Assembly (NCBI GenBank): GCA_963820185.1
Contig: CAWFYV010000003.1
Span: 365,706-429,705, forward strand
Direction: 5' to 3'
Length of the DNA: 64,000 bases
Origin: Vulcanimicrobiota bacterium
GTDB lineage: Bacteria > Vulcanimicrobiota > Vulcanimicrobiia > Vulcanimicrobiales > Vulcanimicrobiaceae
Shown: positions 1 through 8,800 of the stretch, in pieces
How positions within the stretch are numbered: the stretch's first letter is position 1
Layout of the letters: every line of letters begins with the position of its first letter
Program-made: the position numbers and the translations under genes
The notes under the pieces: model-generated
What the model saw: the letters and a program-made list of their open reading frames with translations, nothing else
Database searches by the model: none
Told to the model about the DNA's origin: nothing

Positions 1-109
1 GATGCGCTGCACGCTCGATAAAGATGACGCCGTGTGGCGGCTCCTCGAGGATGCCGAGTACGACCGCCGCGGGCCGCCGTCCCTTCGACTCCAGCTCAGG
101 ATCGCTCAT
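1..109 (-). CDS. partial CDS (5' end only, continues beyond window start); possibly Nudix/CoA-pyrophosphatase-like
   Basis: ATG at 109..107 overlaps the recQ stop (ATGA). Translation MSDPELESKGRRPAAVVLGILEEPPHGVIFIERAAH stays open to position 1. Family guess rests on 36 aa only. Confidence 0.3.
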   Translation of the reverse strand, partial: MSDPELESKGRRPAAVVLGILEEPPHGVIFIERAAH

Positions 110-1491
110 CGCACCAGGTCGGCTCGCTGCGGATAGATCGGACGATTGATGATCCGTTCGAGATCCTCCGCGCGCGCGCTCAAGACGAGATCGCAGAAGC
201 GCTTGAAACTCTCGCGCTCAGCCTCGCCCTCGGCAAAGCGCTCGTTGCGCTCGAGATCGACCTTGCCGTCGACGCTTAGAAAGCGCACGTAGCGCCCCTC
301 GTCGTCTTCGCCAATCTCGACCAAGCCTTCGTCGTCGAAGATGTGCAACGCGCGGCTGACGGTGCGGTCGCTGACCTTGTCGAGCTCGAGCGTGCGCGCG
401 ATATCGGTATAGTTCATGCGCACGATACCGTCGCGCGCGAGCCCTCGCACTCCCTTATACACCGCGCGAAGCGCGCCAAGTGTGGGCGCATCGCGATCGA
501 TGATGAACTCGTTGATCGTGCGGTCGTGCGCTCCGAAGAGCAGATGAATCTCCGCCGGCGCCCCGTCGCGTCCCGCGCGGCCCGCCTGCTGGTTGAATTC
601 GGTGAAATCGAAGTTGAGGTGGTAGAGCACGACGTGGCGCACGTCGGGCAGATCGATGCCTTCGCCGAAGGCCGACGTCGCCACGATCACGCGCAGCTCG
701 CCTTCGCGAAAGAAGCGCTCGACCTCGGCGCGTTCGGGCGTGGGCATGCCGGCGTGGTAGAACATCACTGCATCGCCAAGCTTCTTGCGCAGATTTTGCG
801 CGAGCTTCGTCGCCTCTTTGCGCGAGTTGCAGTAAACGATCGCCTTTTCACCGTCATGCATCAGATCGAGGAGGTAGTCGAGCCGATCCTTCGTCTCGCG
901 CGCGTCGACCACGTGCAGATTTTCGCGGACGCTCGGGTCGATCACCCACGCATCGATGCGCAGCTCGCGAACGATGTGGGCGAAGGCCTCGTCGTTGGCG
1001 GTCGCGGTGAGGGCGAGCACCTGCGGCGCGCCGAGCGCCGCGATCGTGGCGCCGAGCCGGCCGTAGGCCGCGCGATGGCGCGATTCGTAGAGGTGGTGTG
1101 CCTCATCGACGACGACGAACGACGGGACGCTCGCGCCGGTGAACGTTTCGCGATGGAATTCAAGAAACTCCGGCGTTGCGAGCACAATATCCCACGCGCC
1201 TTCACGCAGCGCGGCGAAGAGTTCTTCGCGCTCGTCGTGCGAGATCGCACCATTCGCGCGATAGATGCGCAGGCCAAGCGGATCGAACTTGCGGATCAAT
1301 GCTTCATACTGATCGTTGGCGAGCGCGCGTAGCGGATAGATCACCAGTGTCTTGGCGCCACCGGCAAGCGCGCGCATCGCCGCCGGATATTGAAAACAGA
1401 ACGACTTGCCGCCCCCGGTGCCAAGCACGAGCAGCGTGTTGCGCCCTGCCTCGATGCGTTCCAACGCTTGCTGCTGCGCTTTGCGCGGCAT
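106..1491 (-). CDS. recQ: RecQ-family ATP-dependent DNA helicase (short form, C-terminal winged-helix-like region, no obvious HRDC)
   Basis: 461-aa ORF. Walker A LVLGTGGGKSFCFQ, DEAH box VVVDEAHH, and motifs TATA, FYHAGM and QQAGRAGRDG typical of RecQ. Confidence 0.85.
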   Translation of the reverse strand: MPRKAQQQALERIEAGRNTLLVLGTGGGKSFCFQYPAAMRALAGGAKTLVIYPLRALANDQYEALIRKFDPLGLRIYRANGAISHDEREELFAALREGAWDIVLATPEFLEFHRETFTGASVPSFVVVDEAHHLYESRHRAAYGRLGATIAALGAPQVLALTATANDEAFAHIVRELRIDAWVIDPSVRENLHVVDARETKDRLDYLLDLMHDGEKAIVYCNSRKEATKLAQNLRKKLGDAVMFYHAGMPTPERAEVERFFREGELRVIVATSAFGEGIDLPDVRHVVLYHLNFDFTEFNQQAGRAGRDGAPAEIHLLFGAHDRTINEFIIDRDAPTLGALRAVYKGVRGLARDGIVRMNYTDIARTLELDKVSDRTVSRALHIFDDEGLVEIGEDDEGRYVRFLSVDGKVDLERNERFAEGEAERESFKRFCDLVLSARAEDLERIINRPIYPQRADLVR

Positions 1492-2096
1492 CGCATCACC
1501 GATAAGCGCCCGACGCGATGACAGTCGGCGCTAGCGGTGTCATCCCGAGCGTAGGCGCGCAGCGCCGGAGTCGAGGGACGGATAGCAATCGTGGCTTCAG
1601 CATCCCGCCACATGTAGATGTTGACGCCGCGGTTTTTCTCGCCACCGCCGGTGAGTGATTCGATGCGCGCACGATAGCGTGCACCCGCGTCGATCAGCGG
1701 AGCGAGATGTTTGGCGATTTCCTTGCGCACGAAGCCGAGTTGCAGCGCACCATAGTAGACGGCCAGTGCATTGGGATCGAATTGATTTTCGGGTTGTCGC
1801 TGGAGCGTAAGGTCCGTGCCGACGCGCAACCCGGCGATCGTATCTTGCCGCCCTTCGAATGAAACGCCGACGAGCTTCGAATGAAACTGTGACGCGCCAC
1901 CGATCGTCGCATAGCGATCCTTCGCGTACTCGTCGGCATGTTTGAAGACGCGCGAAACAAATGCGGCGACGCCGCTCGGAGCAACGCTCTCCGCAACATC
2001 GCCAACAAACGTCGCAAACGCGCGCTCGAACGCGGCTTCCGACGCGGTCGGCGGCGGAAGCGCAGCTTTACTCTTGGTGCGCGCCGTCCGGCTCAT
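1341..2096 (-). CDS. HIRAN domain-containing protein
   Basis: Core KLVGVSFEGRQDTIAGLRVGTDLTLQRQPENQFDPNALAVYYGALQLGFVRKEIAKHLAPLID matches the HIRAN pattern. The 3' 150 nt read through a REP-like repeat and overlap recQ, so the true C-terminus is uncertain. Confidence 0.65.
   Translation of the reverse strand: MSRTARTKSKAALPPPTASEAAFERAFATFVGDVAESVAPSGVAAFVSRVFKHADEYAKDRYATIGGASQFHSKLVGVSFEGRQDTIAGLRVGTDLTLQRQPENQFDPNALAVYYGALQLGFVRKEIAKHLAPLIDAGARYRARIESLTGGGEKNRGVNIYMWRDAEATIAIRPSTPALRAYARDDTASADCHRVGRLSVMRCRAKRSSKRWNASRQGATRCSCLAPGAASRSVFNIRRRCARLPVAPRHW
1539..1579. repeat. REP-like imperfect palindromic repeat, copy 1 (GTCATCCCGAGCG..GGCGC-loop-GCGCC..GTCGAGGGAC)
   Basis: About 37 of 42 nt identical to the copy at 37404..37445, and shares termini with 50438..50494. 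Central GGCGC/GCGCC hairpin. Confidence 0.55.
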
Positions 2097-3343
2097 GCTC
2101 CGGAATGGGAGCCTCGAACCCTTCGAGATTCAACGTGATCGCTTCGTGCCCGACGTCGTACGCGGCATCGTGCATTCCGCTGACTTGCGCATCGAGCGGA
2201 TCGACCGCATCCATCGTGTCGACCGGCGCCGGCGCGTTGTCTTCGCGCTTGCGGCGGTAGCGCGCGGGCGAGGTCTGCGGTGTGCGCGCGGAGGTCTTCT
2301 GCTGCTCACGGCGCGCGCGCCGCGCCGCGACGATGTCGTCACGCGATGCTTTGCCGGCTGCATCGACACGCGTCGCAGTTTGGCCCGCCGCGGCAGCCGT
2401 CTCGCGGCGCTTGCGCGCCGCCGCTTCGAGTTGACGCTTGCGGAACACCAGTACGAGCGGGGCCGAAAAGAAGATCGAGTGATAGCCGCCCGAGACGATT
2501 CCCACGAGCAGCGCGAAGGCGAAGTTTTTCAGGCTCGCGCCGCCGAGTGCGAGCAGCGCGACCAGGGTAATAACGACGGTCGCGAGCGTGTTGAACGAAC
2601 GCGTCATCGTCTGCTTGATCGACTCGTTGACGATCGTATCGTAGGCGACGCCCACCATCAGCTTGGTGTTCTCGCGGATTCGATCCAGGATGACGATCGT
2701 ATCCATGACCGAGTAGCCGATGACGGTGAGCACTGCGGCCAGGAACGCGTCGTCAGCCGGCCGGTCGGCGAGGGCGTAAATACCGATCATCACGGCCGCG
2801 TCGCGGACCAGCGCGATGACGGTGACGAGGCCGAAGATGTAGTTCCAGCCGAAGCGGAACGCGATGTAGAGGAACTGGATGCTGAGTGCGATTATCAGCG
2901 CGAGGAGCGCGTTACGCAGATACTCGGCACCAAGCGTCGGTCCGACGGCGGTGATGCTGAGCTGACTCGGATCGATCGGCGCAGCCTTGTTTAGGGCATC
3001 TTTGAGTGGCACCGAGTTGTTGGCAAACGACGTCTGCGTTTCGATCGTGAAGTGCTTGCCATCGGTGCCTGCGCGTGTTGATTCGCTCGTCGGCAAGGTT
3101 GAGCGGCGCAAGGGCGGCCGTGACCTGATCGGTCGTAACCGGCTGCGTGAATGCAACGTCGACTTCCGTGCCGCCGGTAAAGGTAAGCCCCAAGCGCAGC
3201 ATCTGCTTGGGTTGGAAGCCGTGCCCGCCTTGGAAACCGTGATAGATCATCGCACCGAAACCGAGTGCAATAATGATGGTCGAGATCGCCGAGACGGTGC
3301 GGAACCAGCCGACGATATTCCAGTTGAGTCTGCGGAAGAACAT
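2068..3343 (-). pseudogene. secF: protein translocase subunit SecF, reading frame broken near 3085 (frameshift or assembly indel)
   Basis: N-terminal SecF part (MFFRRLNWNIVGWFR...LGLTFTGGTEVDV...APLNLADE) is in ORF 2912..3343. The remainder (ESTRAGTDGKHFTIETQ...GPTLGAEYLRNA...TM bundle) is in ORF 2068..3156. The two frames meet at gag-c-gaa with one surplus base. Confidence 0.8.
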
Positions 3344-3346
3344 CGC

Positions 3347-4723
3347 TTACGCCGTCGCCCCCTGCTTGGCAAAGATCCCGACGTCGTCGGACTTGACGCC
3401 ATAGAATTCGGGAGCGGTGAGCATGTTGTTGTCGACCAAGACGTCGACGAAGAAACGCGTGATGAAGACGGCAGTGATCAGCGATACGACCGTGCCCCAG
3501 AAGAGCGTGAAGGCGAAGCCCTTCACGGTGCCCGTGCCGAGCATAAAGAGCACGCCCGCACCGACGATCGTCGTGAAGTGGCTATCGAATACCGCCGAGA
3601 ATGCGCGCGTGAAGCCGACGCGCACCGAGTTGCGCAGCGTCTTGCCGTTCCACAGTTCCTCTTTGATGCGCTCGAAGATCAGGACGTTGGCGTCGACCGC
3701 CATACCGATCGAGAGCACGAAGCCGGCGATGCCGGGCAGCGTGAGCGTCGCGTGCGAGAGCGCAAGAATGCCGAGCATGACGATCACGTAAATCACGAGC
3801 GCGAAATCGGCGAGTAAGCCGGGCAGACGATAGACCGCGATCATGAAGATCAAAACGAGCGAAAGGCCCAAGATCGAGGCCTTGAGCGACTGAATCAAAT
3901 CGATCTTGCCGAGCGTCGGGCCGATCGACTCCTTTTCGATGATCGAGATCGAGGCGGGCAGCGCGCCGGCGTTGAGTTCGTTGGCGAGCGTTGTCGTCTG
4001 CTCTTGCGTGAACGAACCGGTTATCTGGCCGTTGCTCGATATCGCGCCCTCGAGCGTTGCCGCCGAGACGTAACGATGATCGAGAAAGATCGCGAGCAGC
4101 TTGCCCAAGTTCTCGCTGCTCATCTTGTAGAACTTGCTGGGGTTCTTGGTAACAAATTGAATGTCGGGGTTGCTCGACTGGTCGTAGCCTGCGGTTGCGG
4201 ACTGCAGTTCCTTACCGGTATAGACAACCGCACCGCTGGCATCGTACGCGCCTTGCTGCACGTAGGCTTGCGCCGCTGCGCGCGCCTTCGCGCTCACGCC
4301 CGGCAACTTCGGATTGTTGACGATCTGCAGCGCCTGCTCGGCCTTCAGGTTGACCTCTTGCGGCATGATCTTGTACTCGAGGACCGCGACCTGTTTGATC
4401 AATTGCTCGGCCTGATCGGGATTCTTCAGATTCGGAATCTCGACCAGGATGCGATCGCTGCCGACGTTGCTGATCTGCGGCTCGGTGACGCCGAGTGAGT
4501 TGATACGCTGATCGATGACCTGCCGCGTCTCCGCTTGCACTTCAGACGTAATCGTCTTCACGTCGCCGGTGGGCGAAAGCTGGAGCAGCAAACGCGAGCC
4601 GCCCTGCAGATCGAGACCCAAATGGATCTTCTGATCGATCGGGAGGCACGCCCACAACGAGTAGGCGGTAACGCCGGCGATCACCAGCGCTTTGGCTAAA
4701 GGTCGAAGAAAATTCCAGCTCAT
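3347..4723 (-). CDS. secD: protein translocase subunit SecD
   Basis: 458 aa. Periplasmic domain followed by the SecD/F TM bundle (GPTLGKIDLIQS..., MAVDANVLIFERIKEE). Immediately upstream of secF. Confidence 0.9.
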   Translation of the reverse strand: MSWNFLRPLAKALVIAGVTAYSLWACLPIDQKIHLGLDLQGGSRLLLQLSPTGDVKTITSEVQAETRQVIDQRINSLGVTEPQISNVGSDRILVEIPNLKNPDQAEQLIKQVAVLEYKIMPQEVNLKAEQALQIVNNPKLPGVSAKARAAAQAYVQQGAYDASGAVVYTGKELQSATAGYDQSSNPDIQFVTKNPSKFYKMSSENLGKLLAIFLDHRYVSAATLEGAISSNGQITGSFTQEQTTTLANELNAGALPASISIIEKESIGPTLGKIDLIQSLKASILGLSLVLIFMIAVYRLPGLLADFALVIYVIVMLGILALSHATLTLPGIAGFVLSIGMAVDANVLIFERIKEELWNGKTLRNSVRVGFTRAFSAVFDSHFTTIVGAGVLFMLGTGTVKGFAFTLFWGTVVSLITAVFITRFFVDVLVDNNMLTAPEFYGVKSDDVGIFAKQGATA

Positions 4724-4848
4724 GCGGCTTCCGGTAGTGGTACCAAAGAAAGGGCCCAGGCGTGACGCCGGGGCCGGGAGGTCTTTAACCTAGAGACTGT
4801 ATCAGCCTCCCTCGCGCTCGTCAAACGGCCCGCCGTCTTGCATCGTCC

Positions 4849-4871
4849 GTAACTTTGCGATACAAAGTTAC
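4849..4871. promoter_or_regulatory. perfect 9-bp inverted repeat GTAACTTTG-cgata-CAAAGTTAC in the secD upstream region (candidate operator or RNA hairpin)
   Basis: Read directly. Lies 126 nt upstream of the secD ATG in a 300-nt intergenic region. No U-tract follows. Confidence 0.3.
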
Positions 4872-5023
4872 CAACTGCTGATGCCGCTCCAAGTCCTGAT
4901 CATCGTCTTCTTCGCTTTTAAGTGGTTGCCGCGCGAGCCGGGACCAGCACGCCAGGTCCTTGCGCTCCAAGTCGGCGCAGTGCTCACCCTGCTAACGCTG
5001 GTATATACGCTGCGTCTCTAGCC

Positions 5024-6751
5024 TTACCGCAGCAAACGTTGGATCAAGCGCGTGCTGCCCATGCTTTTGTACACCGCATCGCCGCCGCCAGGCGGCGTAC
5101 CGATCATCTCGATAGCATCCACGTCGGAACAGTGTTCGAGCATCAGCAACGGGTGCGCCGGCTCCACGTTCTCGGCTATCACCTCTCGGCCATGGTAACA
5201 GCGCATCGTGAAGGCCTTCGGATACGGTGGCGCGGTCCAATACAATGGGACTTGATCGTCAAATTGCACGGCATCAACACTTCGATCCCCGCCGCGCAGA
5301 CGCACGATGAATTCGTGCTGTGCGGGTCGGATGACCACGGCATACGCACTTGCGGGAAGCGAACGCGCGAGACTTAGAGCGAAAGGAAGAAGCACGACGA
5401 CGCACGTGAGTGCGCCGACGATGGCTTTGGTCCGCACTTCGCTTGAAAGTCTGAACACAACGAGAAGCGCGATGAGCGCTGCCGTGAAGATGAGGAGCGC
5501 GCCGATCGGCCGCGTGTACGGCGCGATGCCGCCCGGATCGCCATCGACCGGAAGGAACAAGCCGAAGTCCACGTGCGACCACAGGAACAGCGCTGCGTAC
5601 GGTATCGATGCTTGTCGACTCTCGAGATACCACAGGGGATTCAACGCGTACGTTATCGTGTTGCCGACGTTTAGCGCCGCCAAGGGAAGGACTGGTAGCC
5701 ATTCCCACCAGTGCGTCGCGAGATACAGCCAATAACACAGCCCCGCCGCAAGGAACGGCAACCCGGCGACCCAGAAGCGCGCCGTCCATGACTCCTGCGC
5801 CGTTGACCACATGAACGTCGCGAAGTAGGTCGCGAAGAGCACGAAACTGTAGACGCAAAGACGCTCGCGACGCACGGTCCCGAGCACGAGGCCGGCCAGA
5901 CCCACGAGGAGCAGCGGCGCGTACGCGATTGCACCGTGGCGAACGTCGTAGAACTGCATCCCGATCCGTTCGAACACCATCGCGATCGATGGTGCGTAGG
6001 CCGGAAATGCCGAGCCCGTAAACGAGCCGTACAGCCAGAATTGCGTTGCCGCAAACGTTCCAAGCCCGGCGGCATACAGCGTGCACGTCTGCAACCACAC
6101 GACGATGGGCACGCGATCGCGCCCCATCTGCACGAGCATAACGGCAAAGAGGGCTAGCGCCAGCGGCAGCGCGCGCAGGTGCACAAACGGTAGCACGACG
6201 ACCGCCGCAAGCGTCGCATAACGATTGCGCACGAGCAGCGCGTAGAGCGCAGCCGTCACAACCGTGAACAGCAGTATCTCCGGGTAGATGAGCTGCAGAT
6301 ACTCAACGAATGGAATGGAGATGGCGATCGCAACAATCGTGACGATCACGGCCCAACTCGCTCCCCCCGTACGATTCGGAAAGCGCAACTTGAGCATGAA
6401 ATACAGCAGCGCCAAACCGATGCAGCCGACGACGAAGTTGAGCCAACGTGCGGCCTCGAGTCCCCCGAGCCGCAGCGCCGCCCCAAAGACGAGACTCGGG
6501 GAAATCGTCTGCAGCGGCCGGCCCGGCTGGTTCGAGGCGAGGATCCCGCCGTTTCCGCACCCATTCGCGGCGGCAAACTGCTTCCACAACGCGTGTTCGG
6601 GATAAAAGCCGCCATTTGCGTAGAGGCCGACGCCTTGGAACGCGTAGCGCACCTCGTCACCCGTGCACGGCAATTTACCTGCGATGAGGTGAATGCCGGC
6701 CAGTACAAGGAAGATCGCAACGAGCCAGAGCCGATCGGCAAACCTCGCCAT
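5024..6751 (-). CDS. polytopic membrane protein, GT-C fold glycosyltransferase-like (ArnT/PMT-like) with C-terminal soluble domain
   Basis: 575 aa with more than 10 predicted TM helices. First-loop motif TGDEVRYAF resembles the DExRY loop of ArnT-type GT-C enzymes. Starts 6 nt after the flhA stop. Confidence 0.45.
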   Translation of the reverse strand: MARFADRLWLVAIFLVLAGIHLIAGKLPCTGDEVRYAFQGVGLYANGGFYPEHALWKQFAAANGCGNGGILASNQPGRPLQTISPSLVFGAALRLGGLEAARWLNFVVGCIGLALLYFMLKLRFPNRTGGASWAVIVTIVAIAISIPFVEYLQLIYPEILLFTVVTAALYALLVRNRYATLAAVVVLPFVHLRALPLALALFAVMLVQMGRDRVPIVVWLQTCTLYAAGLGTFAATQFWLYGSFTGSAFPAYAPSIAMVFERIGMQFYDVRHGAIAYAPLLLVGLAGLVLGTVRRERLCVYSFVLFATYFATFMWSTAQESWTARFWVAGLPFLAAGLCYWLYLATHWWEWLPVLPLAALNVGNTITYALNPLWYLESRQASIPYAALFLWSHVDFGLFLPVDGDPGGIAPYTRPIGALLIFTAALIALLVVFRLSSEVRTKAIVGALTCVVVLLPFALSLARSLPASAYAVVIRPAQHEFIVRLRGGDRSVDAVQFDDQVPLYWTAPPYPKAFTMRCYHGREVIAENVEPAHPLLMLEHCSDVDAIEMIGTPPGGGDAVYKSMGSTRLIQRLLR

Positions 6752-6757
6752 CGCCCT

Positions 6758-8800
6758 TCAATTGGCGATCAATCGGTCACCCACCGCCATGCCCGACGGC
6801 GCAAGCGCCAACTCAGGCGGCAGCTCCGCATAACTGAGCACGTCGACGCGCACGCCCGAACGCAAGAGCAGATCCGCGAGCACAGGGCGTAACGCGATGC
6901 TGCAGAGTACGGCGGCACGGTCGCGCGGTATGCGGGCGACGTATGTGGCAACTTCATCGCGCAGCGCGATCGCGCGCTGCGGATCGGGAGCGAGATCCGC
7001 ACCGAAGCCAACCCATTGACGCACGAGCTCGCGATCGAATTCGGCGTCGACGACGAGCGGCTCCAAGTGCTCGATCCCGCGACGCCGCAGCAGATCGGGA
7101 ACGATTACGCGTCGCGCGGTCTCAGCGAGTTCGCGTGCGTCGCGCGAGGGCGATTCCAACATCGCTTGCAATACGGCGACCGGGTCGCGCGGCCAGGCCG
7201 CCTCGCGCAGCAAATGTCCAAATGCCCGGTGCAGCGTACCCAATGGAAACGCATCCGTACCGACATCGCGAATCAGTGCAGGCATCGTTGCGCGCAGATG
7301 CTCGAGCAACGTCTGCAATTCCTGACGTCCGAGCAATTCGCTCGCGTAGCGGCGCACCGTCTCCGCGACGTGCGAGCCAATGATCGAAATCGGATCGAAG
7401 ACCAGCGCGCCAGCCGACGCAATTCGCTCGCGGTCGTTCGGATCGATCCACGCAGCGGGCAACGAGTAGACCGGTTCGCTCTCCACCCGGAGTCCGAACC
7501 CCGCGAGCAGTTGCGAATCGGCGACGGCCATCACGCGACCGAGCTCGAGCCGTCCCTCCGCAACGACGCGATCGCGTACGCGAATTGCATAGGTTCGCGG
7601 ATCGCGTGCAAGGTCGTCACGCAATCGGACGCCGGGAAGCACGAGGCCGATCTCGCCTGCGAGCGCGCGGCGCACCTCGCCGATGCGATCCAGCAACGCG
7701 TCGGAGAGCGGCGGCACGAGCAGGTGGGCAAGGTCGGCGCCGATATCGATCGCCATTGCGTCGACACCAACGAGGCTGAGCGCGAGCTCGGGGCGGCGCA
7801 ACGCCAGCCGTTTCGCACGGTCACTTGACGCGCGCGCGTCGTCGTCGCTGCGCTTCTTTCGCCGGACCGCAACTTGCGCGAGCACGAACGCACTGGCACC
7901 AAGCACAAGGAATACCGGCCGCGGCAGCGAGGGCACGAATGAAAGCACCACGAGCAATGCACCGGCACTGCGCAACACGTCGGGACGTGCGAAGAGCTGC
8001 GCTGCGAGGTCCGCGCCGAGCGCACCATCGGAGGCGACGCGCGTGACCATCATTCCCATCGCCGTGGATATAAGGAAGGCCGGCAAGGTCGTCACGAGCG
8101 CATTGCCGATCGAGAGAAGCGCAAAGGTATTAATCGCGTCGAGTGGCGAGAGGCCGTGGTAGGCGATGCCCACGACGATCCCGCCGACCAGGTTCAATGC
8201 GACGATCACCAAAGCCGCAATGGCGTCGCCCTTGACGAATTTTCCAGCACCATCCATCGCGCCATAGAAATCGGCCTCGCGCTGGACCGCAGCGCGTTTA
8301 CGACGCGCGCCGTCCGCGTCGAGCGCACCCGCATGCACGTCGGCATCGATCGCCATCTGCTTGCCCGGCATCGCGTCGAGCGTGAAGCGCGCTGCCACTT
8401 CGGCTACACGTTGCGATCCGCTCGCGATCACGACGAATTGAATGGTAATCAGGATCGCGAACACGATCAGGCCCACGACGAGATTGCCGTGGACAACGAA
8501 TGCGCCAAAAGCCGGGATGATCGCGCCGACCGCGCCTGGCGAAGCGCCCTGCGTGAGGATCAAGCGCGTGGCCGATACGTCGAGCGAAAGACGGAAAAGC
8601 GTTGCGACGAGCAGCGCAGGCGCGAAAGCCGAGAACTCGAGCGGATCGTCGATCGTCACCGCAAGCAGGAGCACGAGCGCTGAGCCGAAGATGTTGATCC
8701 CGAGCAACACGTCGAGCAACGCGGGCGGCAGCGGCACGATGAGAATGCCGACGATTGCCAGCAGCACCCCTGCAAAGATGTACACCGGCAAGCGCGTCAC
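6758..8800 (-). CDS. flhA: flagellar/type III export gate protein FlhA (SctV family)
   Basis: 680 aa. FHIPEP-type N-terminal TM domain (FAPALLVATLFRLSLDVSATRLIL, RFTLDAMPGKQMAIDAD, FYGAMDGAGKFVKGDAIA) plus large cytoplasmic C-domain. GTG start overlaps the flhB stop (GTGA). Confidence 0.9.
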   Translation of the reverse strand: MTRLPVYIFAGVLLAIVGILIVPLPPALLDVLLGINIFGSALVLLLAVTIDDPLEFSAFAPALLVATLFRLSLDVSATRLILTQGASPGAVGAIIPAFGAFVVHGNLVVGLIVFAILITIQFVVIASGSQRVAEVAARFTLDAMPGKQMAIDADVHAGALDADGARRKRAAVQREADFYGAMDGAGKFVKGDAIAALVIVALNLVGGIVVGIAYHGLSPLDAINTFALLSIGNALVTTLPAFLISTAMGMMVTRVASDGALGADLAAQLFARPDVLRSAGALLVVLSFVPSLPRPVFLVLGASAFVLAQVAVRRKKRSDDDARASSDRAKRLALRRPELALSLVGVDAMAIDIGADLAHLLVPPLSDALLDRIGEVRRALAGEIGLVLPGVRLRDDLARDPRTYAIRVRDRVVAEGRLELGRVMAVADSQLLAGFGLRVESEPVYSLPAAWIDPNDRERIASAGALVFDPISIIGSHVAETVRRYASELLGRQELQTLLEHLRATMPALIRDVGTDAFPLGTLHRAFGHLLREAAWPRDPVAVLQAMLESPSRDARELAETARRVIVPDLLRRRGIEHLEPLVVDAEFDRELVRQWVGFGADLAPDPQRAIALRDEVATYVARIPRDRAAVLCSIALRPVLADLLLRSGVRVDVLSYAELPPELALAPSGMAVGDRLIAN

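Noticed and set aside
2912-3156. Programmed ribosomal frameshifting at the secF, Aar-like, rmd and TBDR junctions
   Set aside because: None of the junctions I resolved to the base (secF, Aar-like, rmd) shows a slippery heptamer, homopolymer run or downstream pseudoknot-like structure. The affected genes are not known recoding targets.
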